A DNA stretch of 32,000 nt from Alkanindiges illinoisensis DSM 15370 (GTDB lineage Bacteria; Pseudomonadota; Gammaproteobacteria; Pseudomonadales; Moraxellaceae), in the NCBI RefSeq assembly GCF_000619845.1, contig NZ_JHUX01000003.1:1270064-1302063 (forward strand), read 5' to 3'. Positions 10,253-19,197 of this stretch are shown here, in pieces. The notes below the pieces were generated by a model. That model was not told the origin of the DNA. It was given only the letters and a program-made list of their open reading frames with translations, and did not search any database. Within the stretch, counting starts at the first letter, position 1. The number at the start of each line of letters is the position of its first letter. The translations under genes were made by a program, and so were the position numbers.

Positions 10253-11527
10253 TTATATTCCCCTTCCAATGCCAACATATTCAAAGCCCAGATCTTTTAA
10301 ATAATACGGATTATAAATATTACGACCATCCAGAATTAGCGGGTGATTCATGGATTGCTTTAACCGCCGGAAATTGGGATTCCAGTATTGTTTCCACTCA
10401 GTGACCAGCATCAAGGCATCTACATTCGTTGCGGCATCATATTGTGACTCGCATAAAATCAATTGTTCATGCTGTCCATAAAGCTGGGCAATTTTTTCCA
10501 GAGCAACCGGGTCATGCAATTTAACCACTGCACCTTGTGCCCAAAGTGCTTCAAGAATTTTTAAAATGGGTGCATTGTCAATCTTGTTGGTATTTGGTTT
10601 ATAGGCTGCTCCCCAAATCCCAACAGTTTTATTACTTAAGTCACAGTCAAAGTAGCGCCATAATTTTCTAAACAACACTTCTTTCTGGTCTTCATTAATT
10701 TGTAGCACCTGATGTAACAGCTTGCTTTTAATCCCTACACCTGACACTGTTTGTGCCAGATTAATCACATCCTCAGAAAAACTTTGCCCGCCAAAACCGC
10801 ATCCGGGATATAAATAAGCTTCACCAATGCGCTTATCACTTCCCATGCCGACGCGAATTTGCTCAATATCAACGCCAATCGCATCTGCCACATTAGATAA
10901 ATCGTTCATAAAGCTAATGCGGGTAGCCAGCATGCCTGATACAGCCAGCTTGGTAAATTCTGCCTCACGCAGAGACATTTTTAGGAAATGATCTTTCAGC
11001 CGGTTAAATGGCCTGAAAATCTCACGAATCTGGTTTTCAGCACGCGGATCATCCATGCCCAGAATAATTTTGTTGGGTCGTGCAATACTATCAATTGCCA
11101 CCCCTTCCTGAATAAAATCAGGCACATAGACCAGACTTTGCTGGCTCGATAAATGACTGGCCAAGCGCGCTGAACATCCTACAGCAAAGGTTGACTGATT
11201 AATGACCAATAGATGCTGATCATTTTGTCCCAGTTTTTTAACAATCTGTTCTGCCAATCCGAAATCTTTAGGTGCAAATGCCAGAAATACAGCTTCCAGA
11301 TCATCAGGCATTGGTTCATTTAAATTGGTATAGACCAGACGCTGCTCTTTACGCTGCTGATCCAGCAAACCCTGCAAACGTGGTTCAGGATAAGCTTCCT
11401 CACCTGCTTCTAGCGTCTGCTTGACCCGGCCTTCTGGCAGGCATAGCCAGATATCATGGCCTACGGATGCAAACAGAGCGGCACTCACCAATGCGCACAG
11501 GTTATCGCCATAAACATGTATTTTCAT
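10253..11527 (-). CDS. UDP-glucose/GDP-mannose dehydrogenase family protein with degenerate NAD-binding and catalytic motifs (Ugd-like, possibly inactive)
   Basis: 424-aa ORF collinear with UDP-glucose 6-dehydrogenases ([82 protein letters not shown]). However, GxGxxG is replaced by GDNLCA, and the GFGGxC(F/L)PKD motif reads [10 protein letters not shown]. Confidence 0.8.
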   Translation of the reverse strand: MKIHVYGDNLCALVSAALFASVGHDIWLCLPEGRVKQTLEAGEEAYPEPRLQGLLDQQRKEQRLVYTNLNEPMPDDLEAVFLAFAPKDFGLAEQIVKKLGQNDQHLLVINQSTFAVGCSARLASHLSSQQSLVYVPDFIQEGVAIDSIARPNKIILGMDDPRAENQIREIFRPFNRLKDHFLKMSLREAEFTKLAVSGMLATRISFMNDLSNVADAIGVDIEQIRVGMGSDKRIGEAYLYPGCGFGGQSFSEDVINLAQTVSGVGIKSKLLHQVLQINEDQKEVLFRKLWRYFDCDLSNKTVGIWGAAYKPNTNKIDNAPILKILEALWAQGAVVKLHDPVALEKIAQLYGQHEQLILCESQYDAATNVDALMLVTEWKQYWNPNFRRLKQSMNHPLILDGRNIYNPYYLKDLGFEYVGIGRGI

Positions 11528-11539
11528 TGTACCAGTCTA

Positions 11540-12421
11540 TTACTTAAGGGAGTTTTGAATCAGGTTTATAAAGTCTTTACCGAGTTGGGGATGATCAATA
11601 CCATAGCTTAAAATAGCCTCCAGATAACCCAGCTTGCTACCACAGTCATAGGTTTTACCAGACATACGGTATGCATCTACAAATTCTTCATGCATTAGTG
11701 CAGCAATCGCATCAGTGAGCTGAATTTCGCCACCGGCGCCGGGCTTTGTTTGTTCCAGTAGGCTTAAGACACGGGCAGGTAATACATAACGACCTACTAC
11801 AGCAAGGCTGGACGGTGCTTCATCAACTTTTGGTTTTTCAACAATTCCCTTTAATTGCAAGCTTTGGCCTGCTTCTAATTGCTGCCCCTGAATATCTACA
11901 ATGCCATATTGTGATACGAGTTGCTCAGGCACTTGTTCTACCATAATTTGGGAATGATGGGTTTCACTGTAATGTGCAATCATTTGCTGCAAGTCATTTT
12001 GCTGGCTGGTGTTTTTAACCAGCACATCCGGCAAGAGCACGGCAAACGGCTCATTACCGATGACTGATTTTGCACACAGCACCGCATGCCCTAGTCCTAA
12101 AGGCTGCGGCTGGCGTACGGCTACCACATCAACTCCTTTAGGAATAATTGTCTGAATGGTTTCCAGCAACTCAAGCTTGTTTTTCTTTTGCAAGGTATCT
12201 TCCAGCTCGTAGTAACTATCAAAATAATCTTCAATCGCACGCTTGGAGGAATGTGTAACCAGAATAATTTGCTCAATCCCTGCTGCAATCGCTTCCTGAA
12301 CCACATAATCAATCACCGGACGGTCTACCACCGTAACCATTTCCTTTGGAATTGACTTGCTGGCCGGTAAAAAACGTGTTCCCAATCCTGCTACAGGTAA
12401 AACTGCTTTTTTTACAGTCAT
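11540..12421 (-). CDS. galU: UTP--glucose-1-phosphate uridylyltransferase
   Basis: 293-aa ORF with KAVLPVAGLGTRFLPASKSIPKEMVTVVDRPVIDYVVQEA, LGLGHAVLCA, IVEKPK and GEIQLTDAI. Confidence 0.95.
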   Translation of the reverse strand: MTVKKAVLPVAGLGTRFLPASKSIPKEMVTVVDRPVIDYVVQEAIAAGIEQIILVTHSSKRAIEDYFDSYYELEDTLQKKNKLELLETIQTIIPKGVDVVAVRQPQPLGLGHAVLCAKSVIGNEPFAVLLPDVLVKNTSQQNDLQQMIAHYSETHHSQIMVEQVPEQLVSQYGIVDIQGQQLEAGQSLQLKGIVEKPKVDEAPSSLAVVGRYVLPARVLSLLEQTKPGAGGEIQLTDAIAALMHEEFVDAYRMSGKTYDCGSKLGYLEAILSYGIDHPQLGKDFINLIQNSLK

Positions 12422-12584
12422 AAAATTCTCTAAATCATAAATCGACCCAACAAAAATTTATTCTGGCATATATCAGGCCTTACTCAAATTTATTTTGAAA
12501 CTTAAATATATAATTTTGTTAATTTTATGGCTTGTTTTTACAAAAATAGCTGATTAGCCTGCAGGTTTAAAATCTAATTCAGTC

Positions 12585-13586
12585 TTATTTTTTCCCATCG
12601 CAAAGATTTATGGTATGTGGATATTGCTGCCAGATGTAGAGACACTCTTCCCATTTCGATAAATTAATAAAATCACTTGCAGGTAATTGGTATAAGAATC
12701 CGGGAATTTCATAAATTTTATAAAGTGTTTCGATGGCTGTAGAACGAATACTATAGCTGGCTGAAAAACGCCAACCCTGTTGTAACTGGCTATACTCAAG
12801 AATACTAGGCGTCTGATAAATCTGATAGCCCAGCTTTTGAATCTGCTGAATCAATGATGTTGGCTCATATCGATGTGGTGCATACCAGTGCGGAACCTCT
12901 GGCGGCAAATGTTGAAGCAACTGCTGCAAGCGTAAGAACAGTGTCGACTCATCTTTTAAATAGGTACCCACCAGATTTGAACCAATCACCAGGATGTCTG
13001 GGCGTATTGGCAAAAGGTGAACTTTTGCTTTAAAGCAGCGGTAATCATTGTTGACTAAGATGTTATCAGACGCTTGAATGTCAAAGGTACTAAAGAAATT
13101 TGCCTTAAGGAGTCTTTGAGGATTGAGCTGCAAGTCAAGCAACTGGTCTTGCCAACGGTTTTGCAGTGTAGTTTTCTGCTGTTGCCATGCATGAATCTGC
13201 CGGGCAATCATTAGGCTTTCATTGCCATCATCCAGTATCCATATATGGGCAGGTTGCAGCACGTTCACTATATGCAGCGGAACATGAGTAATCATTCCAA
13301 TATAGACTGATTTAACAGGATTTAGGGTATGTAGCCAGTAATTGAGCTGCCAGCCATAAAAATGCTTACGCCAGCCCTGAAAAATAACGGTATGCACTAA
13401 TGCCCAGTCCTGATCCGGCTGAAGCATGGATTGCATCATGTTTAAATCTACAGATGAACCAGCAACCAAAACCAGATATTTTAAGTCATTCTGGTGAAAT
13501 CTTTGGCAGGCTTCAATGGCATTAAATAATTGTAATGGCGTGCGTACTACGCAAACCACTTTATCTTTTGCCAACTGAGAATCCAT
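12585..13586 (-). CDS. Hypothetical protein, putative glycosyltransferase with a GT52-like (Lst/LsgB-type) layout
   Basis: 333-aa ATG ORF. The N-terminus VVCVVRTPLQLFNAIEA, the D-D-G motif in WILDDGNESL (aa 119-121), ILVIGSNLVG and WYAPHRYEP (aa 235-241) have an order and spacing that recall family GT52. This is recognition by eye only. Confidence 0.45.
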   Translation of the reverse strand: MDSQLAKDKVVCVVRTPLQLFNAIEACQRFHQNDLKYLVLVAGSSVDLNMMQSMLQPDQDWALVHTVIFQGWRKHFYGWQLNYWLHTLNPVKSVYIGMITHVPLHIVNVLQPAHIWILDDGNESLMIARQIHAWQQQKTTLQNRWQDQLLDLQLNPQRLLKANFFSTFDIQASDNILVNNDYRCFKAKVHLLPIRPDILVIGSNLVGTYLKDESTLFLRLQQLLQHLPPEVPHWYAPHRYEPTSLIQQIQKLGYQIYQTPSILEYSQLQQGWRFSASYSIRSTAIETLYKIYEIPGFLYQLPASDFINLSKWEECLYIWQQYPHTINLCDGKK

Positions 13587-13717
13587 AACAATCTATTAAT
13601 TTTTGGAAAGTTTTAATGGCTTACAGTGTATCGCTTTAGATCATGAGAAATGGTTTTTATATGTTTCAGGCCTTAAAAATTTAATGGGTTATAAACCATC
13701 AGGTCACTCATCATTTA

Positions 13718-13736
13718 ATTGCGATCTTATCGCAAT
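13718..13736. promoter_or_regulatory. Perfect inverted repeat ATTGCGAT-CTT-ATCGCAAT in a divergent promoter region
   Basis: 8-bp arms with a 3-bp spacer, read directly. It is located 78 nt upstream of the 13814 ATG and 132 nt upstream of the 13586 ATG. Confidence 0.3.
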
Positions 13737-13813
13737 AAGTATTATTCAAAAGCTGCGTTAGCGGAATTGTTCTACGTTATAATGGGTTTTGCGCTACAAT
13801 TAAACTGTTAAAC

Positions 13814-14791
13814 ATGAGCAAACCTTCCATACTAGTCTTAGGCAAACGTGGCGGCATACTACAATGGTATGAGGGTTTACTAGATGCCAAAACGAGTCTT
13901 ACCGGTGTTCAGATTGATGGTTTTGCCCTTAATCATAATAACTGGCATGAACGGATTTTAAAAAAAATCCTAAAGCTGAGCCATCAGAATCTGGATCATT
14001 ATACTGCCAAATTATTGGCTAGAAAAATTCAGAATACACAACCAGATATTATTTTAATTGCAGATTTATTTTATCTCAGTTTGCCCTTACTTGAAGTTTT
14101 ACAACATGCGAAACCAAAGGCAAAAATTTATCACTGGATTGGGGATTTCTTTGATGATCGGCTAAAATTTAGCAGTTCGCTTATTGACCAGTTTTTCTTT
14201 ACTGACAGTAGCTTTCTGGATGATGCCCGTCAAATGGGAATTGATCAGGTTGCTTATTTGCCATTGGGGTTTAACCCATCTATTTTTTATCCTCCTAAAA
14301 ATAACATGCCCCGTAAAGATGCGCTGCTATTTATTGGTGCCTGGTCAGAAAACAGGCAAGCATTCTTACAACAGATACAAGTTCCAGTAAATGTCTACGG
14401 GAAAGGATGGGATAAACTCAAATCCGATTATATTACGGCTCATCCGCATAACCTTAGCTTGAGCCAAGTTTCTGATTTATACCAACAATATAAATATGTG
14501 CTGAATATTATTAATCATAATAATACCCGCATAGGACTGAATATGCGCTGCTTTGAAGCAATGGGAGCAGGTGCAATTCTAGTAACAGAATACAGTAGCG
14601 ACCTGCTCCATTGTTTCAACATTGAAAAAGATCTTATTTACTTTAATAACGCAGCAGAACTAACCGCGAAAATGAAAATTAAGCCTGATATTGATGCACA
14701 AGCCAGTTGTAATAAAGCTCATTTAGAACATAGTTATGCTCAGCGTCTTATGACGATATTACAACGGGCATACCCTGATTTAAGAAATTAG
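13814..14791 (+). CDS. CgeB-family glycosyltransferase (Glyco_trans_1_2 / DUF3880-like)
   Basis: 325-aa ATG ORF. The C-terminal block LNMRCFEAMGAGAILVTEYSSDLLHCFNIEKDLIYFNNAAEL is typical of the CgeB/Glyco_trans_1_2 domain. The gene is AT-rich and is the only plus-strand gene inside the locus. Confidence 0.6.
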   Translation: MSKPSILVLGKRGGILQWYEGLLDAKTSLTGVQIDGFALNHNNWHERILKKILKLSHQNLDHYTAKLLARKIQNTQPDIILIADLFYLSLPLLEVLQHAKPKAKIYHWIGDFFDDRLKFSSSLIDQFFFTDSSFLDDARQMGIDQVAYLPLGFNPSIFYPPKNNMPRKDALLFIGAWSENRQAFLQQIQVPVNVYGKGWDKLKSDYITAHPHNLSLSQVSDLYQQYKYVLNIINHNNTRIGLNMRCFEAMGAGAILVTEYSSDLLHCFNIEKDLIYFNNAAELTAKMKIKPDIDAQASCNKAHLEHSYAQRLMTILQRAYPDLRN

Positions 14792-14792
14792 T

Positions 14793-15602
14793 CTAAACAC
14801 GGGTTCTACGCTTATTTACTGTCCTAGCCCAGCGTAAGACTCTATATCTATTGCAGATAAACAGTAAAACTCTGGAAGATGACACAAAAAAGCTTGAACA
14901 CATGGCCCAGATAAACTGGCTTTGCTTACGATGATACTGCAATTGCATGAAAGCATTTTGGGCATCGTAATAGGTTTGATCTACCCGGCCCGGGCTTTTA
15001 TGATAAAGATGAAAATCAATCGCATAATTTTTTAGGCCCAGTGCATTGGCGTTCTGGCATAAATCAGTGCCATAAATGTGAAAGCCTGAAAGCACAGGAG
15101 AACATGCGATGTTTTGCTGTCTGTTAATAACTAAAAAATTTTCATCCAGCGTCATTACTTCAGAAGGCAAAGGCCCAACATGTAAATCACTGTAATTAAC
15201 ATCTGAAATTCTGATTTTCACCTGACCAAATTTACTTTTCCCAGCATTGCCAGCCACTGCCCAGTTTGGGTCCAGCTGTTCAAGCTCTTCAATTCTTTGA
15301 TCAAGGATAGCCCGGCTATCAAACTTGAATAAAATATCCTGATGACAAAAAATCAAATATTTTCCACGTGCAATGCGAATGGCCTTGTTAATACCGCTAT
15401 AACCATCGTATTGATTTGATTGCTTATTATCGAAATATAAAAACTCAACATCTGATCCAGAGAAACCAGCCTGCTTGGCACTTTCTACCATTTCCAGATA
15501 TTCGTCATAGCGAGTAACTAGCGTACAAAAACTAAAACGCTTACTAAACTCTTCCTGAGGATTTAAGCATTGTAGTTCAGGATGTTGCGTTAAAATTGTC
15601 AT
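14793..15602 (-). CDS. GT-A fold glycosyltransferase (family 2-like); candidate rhamnosyltransferase
   Basis: FSFCTLVTRYDEYLEMVESAKQAGF, GINKAIRIARGKYLIFCHQDILF and GFHIYGTDLCQNA..FHLYHKSPG resemble Glyco_tranf_2-like proteins. The track start (15650) is a TTG inside rmlC. I prefer ATG 15602 (MTILTQHPE...), 13 nt after the rmlC stop codon. Confidence 0.6.
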   Translation of the reverse strand: MTILTQHPELQCLNPQEEFSKRFSFCTLVTRYDEYLEMVESAKQAGFSGSDVEFLYFDNKQSNQYDGYSGINKAIRIARGKYLIFCHQDILFKFDSRAILDQRIEELEQLDPNWAVAGNAGKSKFGQVKIRISDVNYSDLHVGPLPSEVMTLDENFLVINRQQNIACSPVLSGFHIYGTDLCQNANALGLKNYAIDFHLYHKSPGRVDQTYYDAQNAFMQLQYHRKQSQFIWAMCSSFFVSSSRVLLFICNRYRVLRWARTVNKRRTRV

Positions 15603-15615
15603 ATCATTTTTACCA

Positions 15616-16191
15616 TTAAAACAGGGATTGCGTTGCCATTGCCTGAGCAAGTGTCATTGCTTCCTTATCTTTTTCACTGACAATCACTTCAATATTGTTT
15701 TCGACAGGCCAGTCAATTGATAAATCAGTATCATTCCACAACAGGCTGCGTTCAGCTTCTTTTGCATAATAATCCGTGGTCTTATATAAGAACTGCGTAT
15801 TGTCTTCCAAGGCAATAAAGCCATGGGCAAAACCAGCAGGAATCCAGAAAGCACGGTGGTTTTCAGCACTTAACTCTACACCAACCCACTGTCCAAAGGT
15901 TTGAGAACCTTGCCGGATATCAACAGCCATATCCCATACTTTGCCCTGAACCACACGAACCAGCTTACCTTGTGCATGTGGGTTTAACTGATAATGTAAT
16001 CCCCGCAATACGCCTTGGTGGGACAATGAATGATTATCCTGTACAAATGACGGTACATTTAAATTACGTGCTGTTAATGCTTGCTCAAAAGCTTGCTGAT
16101 TAAAACTTTCCATAAACCAGCCGCGCTCATCACTAAAAACCCGGGGTTCCAGAATGAGCAAATCCTTAATTTTTGTTTCTATAACATTCAT
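15616..16191 (-). CDS. rmlC: dTDP-4-dehydrorhamnose 3,5-epimerase
   Basis: 191-aa cupin with [20 protein letters not shown] and [11 protein letters not shown]. Its start codon overlaps the rmlA stop codon (ATGA). Confidence 0.95.
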   Translation of the reverse strand: MNVIETKIKDLLILEPRVFSDERGWFMESFNQQAFEQALTARNLNVPSFVQDNHSLSHQGVLRGLHYQLNPHAQGKLVRVVQGKVWDMAVDIRQGSQTFGQWVGVELSAENHRAFWIPAGFAHGFIALEDNTQFLYKTTDYYAKEAERSLLWNDTDLSIDWPVENNIEVIVSEKDKEAMTLAQAMATQSLF

Positions 16192-17078
16192 GCTGGTTGG
16201 TGCTCCGCATGCAACTTATGCAAATATTGTCCGTAGCCTGTTTTCTTGAAATATTGCGCCCGGTCAAATAGCTGTGCAGCACTAATCCAGCCCTGATTAA
16301 ATGCAATTTCTTCCAGACAGGCGATTTTTAAGCCCTGACGGTGTTCTACTGTTTGCACAAAATGACCAGCTTCAAGCAGCGAATCATGCGTACCGGTATC
16401 CAGCCATGCAAAACCACGGCCCAGTAGCTCAACATTTAAAGCAGCTTTTTCAAGATACACATTATTGACATCAGTAATTTCCAGCTCACCACGATGAGAT
16501 GGCTTGATCTGGCGTGCAATATCCACCACGCTGTTGTCATAAAAATATAATCCGGTGACCGCATAACTGGATTTGGGCTGCTGCGGTTTTTCCTCAATGC
16601 TAATGGCCTGTCCCTGCTGGTCAAACTCAACCACACCAAAGCGCTCAGGATCATTGACATGATAGCCAAACACGGTTGCCCCCGCCGGTCTGGCAGCCGC
16701 TCTGGCCAACTGGGTACTAAAGCTTTGGCCATAGAAAATATTGTCACCCAGAATCAGGCAGACATCATCCTGCCCGATAAACTCTTCACCAATTAAAAAG
16801 GCCTGCGCCAGCCCATCAGGTGAAGGTTGTACCTTATAGCTTAACTGGATGCCAAAATGAGAACCATCACCCAGCATTTTTTCAAAGCTTGGCAGATCTT
16901 CCGGTGTGGAGATAATCAGGATTTCCTGTATCCCTGCCAGCATCAGTACTGACAGCGGATAATAAATCATTGGCTTGTCATAAATTGGTAGTAGCTGTTT
17001 GGAAACACCCATGGTAATCGGGTGTAAGCGGGTCCCTGAACCACCCGCTAAAATAATACCTTTGCGCTTTAAGCTCAT
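16188..17078 (-). CDS. rmlA: Glucose-1-phosphate thymidylyltransferase
   Basis: 296-aa ORF with [47 protein letters not shown] and EITDVN. It has an ATGA overlap with rmlD. Confidence 0.96.
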   Translation of the reverse strand: MSLKRKGIILAGGSGTRLHPITMGVSKQLLPIYDKPMIYYPLSVLMLAGIQEILIISTPEDLPSFEKMLGDGSHFGIQLSYKVQPSPDGLAQAFLIGEEFIGQDDVCLILGDNIFYGQSFSTQLARAAARPAGATVFGYHVNDPERFGVVEFDQQGQAISIEEKPQQPKSSYAVTGLYFYDNSVVDIARQIKPSHRGELEITDVNNVYLEKAALNVELLGRGFAWLDTGTHDSLLEAGHFVQTVEHRQGLKIACLEEIAFNQGWISAAQLFDRAQYFKKTGYGQYLHKLHAEHQPA

Positions 17079-18019
17079 TTTTCAGTTTTCCCTTCAATAA
17101 TTTCTTGTAAAGTATGCAATACACTCTGTTGCCAGTGTGGCAGCATTAAACCAAACTGTTGCTCCAGCTTGGCAAGGCTTAACCTTGAATTCAGTGGACG
17201 CTGGGCAGGCGTGGGATAAGCACTGGTATCAATTGGATTAACCTGTTTAATTTTCAGGTTATAGCCCAAATGACTCGCTTGCTTAAAAATAAACTGGGCA
17301 TAGCCATACCAGGATACACTGCCTGCTGCAGTTAAATGATAAATACCGCATAACTGTGCAGGTGCCTGAGCATTGGCATATGTTTTTAAAGCATGCGCTG
17401 TAACATCCGCAATCAGAGCAGCCGACGTTGGCGCACCAATTTGATCATTAATGATGCTGAGTTCATCACGTTCGTGCGCTAGATGCAGCATGGTTCTAAT
17501 AAAATTATTGCCGCGAGTGGCATAGACCCAGGATGTCCTAAAAATCAGCGTTTGGCAGCCACTCGCCAGAATAGCCAGCTCACCTGCACGCTTGGTTTTA
17601 CCGTAGACATTGAGTGGATCTGTAGAATCGTCCTCGCGCCGTATCTGGGTTCCCTGCCCGTCAAACACATAATCCGTGGAATAATGCACCAGCAATGCAC
17701 TGATTTGCTGGCAAGCTTCAGCTATAGCCTTTACTGCCAAGTGATTAATGATATCGGCATCTTGTGCTGCTGATTCGGCTTTATCCACTGCCGTATAGGC
17801 TGCGGCATTTATGACAACATCAGGTTTGACTGTAATAATAGTTGCACGAACTGCATCAATATTTGATAAATCGCCGCATAAAACCGCTGTATGGCCATTT
17901 GGTTGCTCCGCACTAAGCTGACTATGTCGATCCAGTGCGATCAGTTCACCTAATGGCGCCAAGGCACGTTGCAGCTCCCAGCCAACTTGTCCATTTTTTC
18001 CAAATAAAAGTATTTTCAT
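17075..18019 (-). CDS. rmlD: dTDP-4-dehydrorhamnose reductase
   Basis: 314-aa ORF with [41 protein letters not shown] and YGKTKRAGE. It overlaps the rmlB stop codon by 1 nt (TGATG). Confidence 0.95.
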   Translation of the reverse strand: MKILLFGKNGQVGWELQRALAPLGELIALDRHSQLSAEQPNGHTAVLCGDLSNIDAVRATIITVKPDVVINAAAYTAVDKAESAAQDADIINHLAVKAIAEACQQISALLVHYSTDYVFDGQGTQIRREDDSTDPLNVYGKTKRAGELAILASGCQTLIFRTSWVYATRGNNFIRTMLHLAHERDELSIINDQIGAPTSAALIADVTAHALKTYANAQAPAQLCGIYHLTAAGSVSWYGYAQFIFKQASHLGYNLKIKQVNPIDTSAYPTPAQRPLNSRLSLAKLEQQFGLMLPHWQQSVLHTLQEIIEGKTEK

Positions 18020-19089
18020 CAGTCGGCCTTATATTGCTGGCTAATCCAGTTCTGGTATTCGCCACTTTTAACATGCTGCACCCAGACTGTATTGTCCAGA
18101 TACCACTGGACAGTCTTGCGCAAGCCACTTTCAAAGGTTTCTTCTGGTGTCCAGTTGAGGTCTTGCTGTATTTTTGAGGCATCAATGGCATAACGCACAT
18201 CATGACCGGGACGATCCTGCACGAACTGAATTAAATCTTTATAGTGGACAATACCTTGTGGTTTGTTCGGCGCCAGTTCTTCCAGCAGCTCACAAATGGC
18301 ATGCACCACTTCAATATTCTGTTTTTCGTTATGTCCGCCAATATTATAGGTTTCACCAATCTGGCCTTGGGTAACAACGCTATATAAAGCACGCGCATGA
18401 TCCTCGACATACAGCCAGTCCCTGATCTGGTTTCCTTTGCCATACACTGGCAGTGGTTTACCTTCCAATGCATTAAGGATAATCAGGGGAATCAGTTTTT
18501 CGGGGAAGTGATACGGGCCATAATTATTGGAACAATTGGTGATCAGTACTGGCAGGCCATAAGTCCGGTGCCATGCACGCACTAAATGGTCAGAACTGGC
18601 CTTACTGGCAGAATACGGTGAACTGGGCGAATACGGCGTCTGCTCGGTAAACAGGTCAGTGGTTCCTTCCAGATCACCATAGACTTCATCTGTTGAAATA
18701 TGATGAAACCTGAAAGACTGCTGGCGTTCCTGATCCAGACCTGCCCAGTACTGGCGTGCCACTTCAAGCAGCTGATAGGTGCCCACGATATTGGTTTCAA
18801 TAAAAGCTGCCGGGCCAGAAATGGAACGGTCAACATGCGACTCCGCAGCCAGATGCATCACCCTATCAGGCTGGTACTGTGCAAATATTTGTTTTAAATG
18901 TTCAGCATCACAAATATCAGCCTGAATAAACTGGTATCGGGAATGGGTAGAAACTGAATTGAGTGACTCCAGATTACCGGCATAGGTCAACTTGTCGATA
19001 TTGAGCACATGATCTTGTGTATTTTTAATAATATGGCGTATAACGGCTGACCCAATAAAGCCAGCGCCCCCAGTAATTAATAGCTTCAT
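18019..19089 (-). CDS. rmlB: dTDP-glucose 4,6-dehydratase
   Basis: 356-aa ORF with [45 protein letters not shown] and [11 protein letters not shown]. Confidence 0.96.
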   Translation of the reverse strand: MKLLITGGAGFIGSAVIRHIIKNTQDHVLNIDKLTYAGNLESLNSVSTHSRYQFIQADICDAEHLKQIFAQYQPDRVMHLAAESHVDRSISGPAAFIETNIVGTYQLLEVARQYWAGLDQERQQSFRFHHISTDEVYGDLEGTTDLFTEQTPYSPSSPYSASKASSDHLVRAWHRTYGLPVLITNCSNNYGPYHFPEKLIPLIILNALEGKPLPVYGKGNQIRDWLYVEDHARALYSVVTQGQIGETYNIGGHNEKQNIEVVHAICELLEELAPNKPQGIVHYKDLIQFVQDRPGHDVRYAIDASKIQQDLNWTPEETFESGLRKTVQWYLDNTVWVQHVKSGEYQNWISQQYKAD

Positions 19090-19197
19090 AATCTTTTTGC
19101 ATTGTTAACGAAATCAATAATCGGATTATTGTAATAGACTCTGTTTTTAAAATCTTGAATAAATAAACACAATAAATTACTTTTTATATTTTTAGAT

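Noticed and set aside
10252-10284. N-terminal extensions given by the ORF track for gpi (TTG 10284), GT-A (TTG 15650), GT4 (GTG 21386), histidine kinase (TTG 29395) and glnE (ATG 27014)
   Set aside because: For gpi, GT-A and GT4 the extension overlaps the 3' end of the upstream gene. All five lack an RBS, while a downstream ATG with a Shine-Dalgarno-like sequence sits 1-13 nt after the upstream stop codon (or, for glnE and the kinase, has a clear AGGA/GAGG motif).
12422-13813. JUMPstart/ops (GGCGGTAG) antitermination element upstream of the polysaccharide operons
   Set aside because: I could not find the ops octamer by eye in any of the locus promoter regions (12422-12584, 13587-13813, 19090-19197, 23116-23190).
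13960-13967. Homopolymer tracts as phase-variation switches: A8 in the CgeB-like gene, T8-equivalent at 22123-22130 in the deacetylase gene, A7 runs in galU, GT4 and ELM1-like genes, A10 at 29489-29498
   Set aside because: The coding tracts all correspond to Lys-Lys or Phe-Phe codon runs expected in an AT-leaning genome and are at or below the length usually needed for efficient slippage. No evidence of frameshifted alleles is visible here.
12422-19197. Genomic island or mobile element interpretation of the AT-rich variable part of the locus
   Set aside because: There is no integrase, transposase, tRNA target, terminal inverted repeat or flanking direct repeat. The AT-richness is typical of polysaccharide-locus variable regions.
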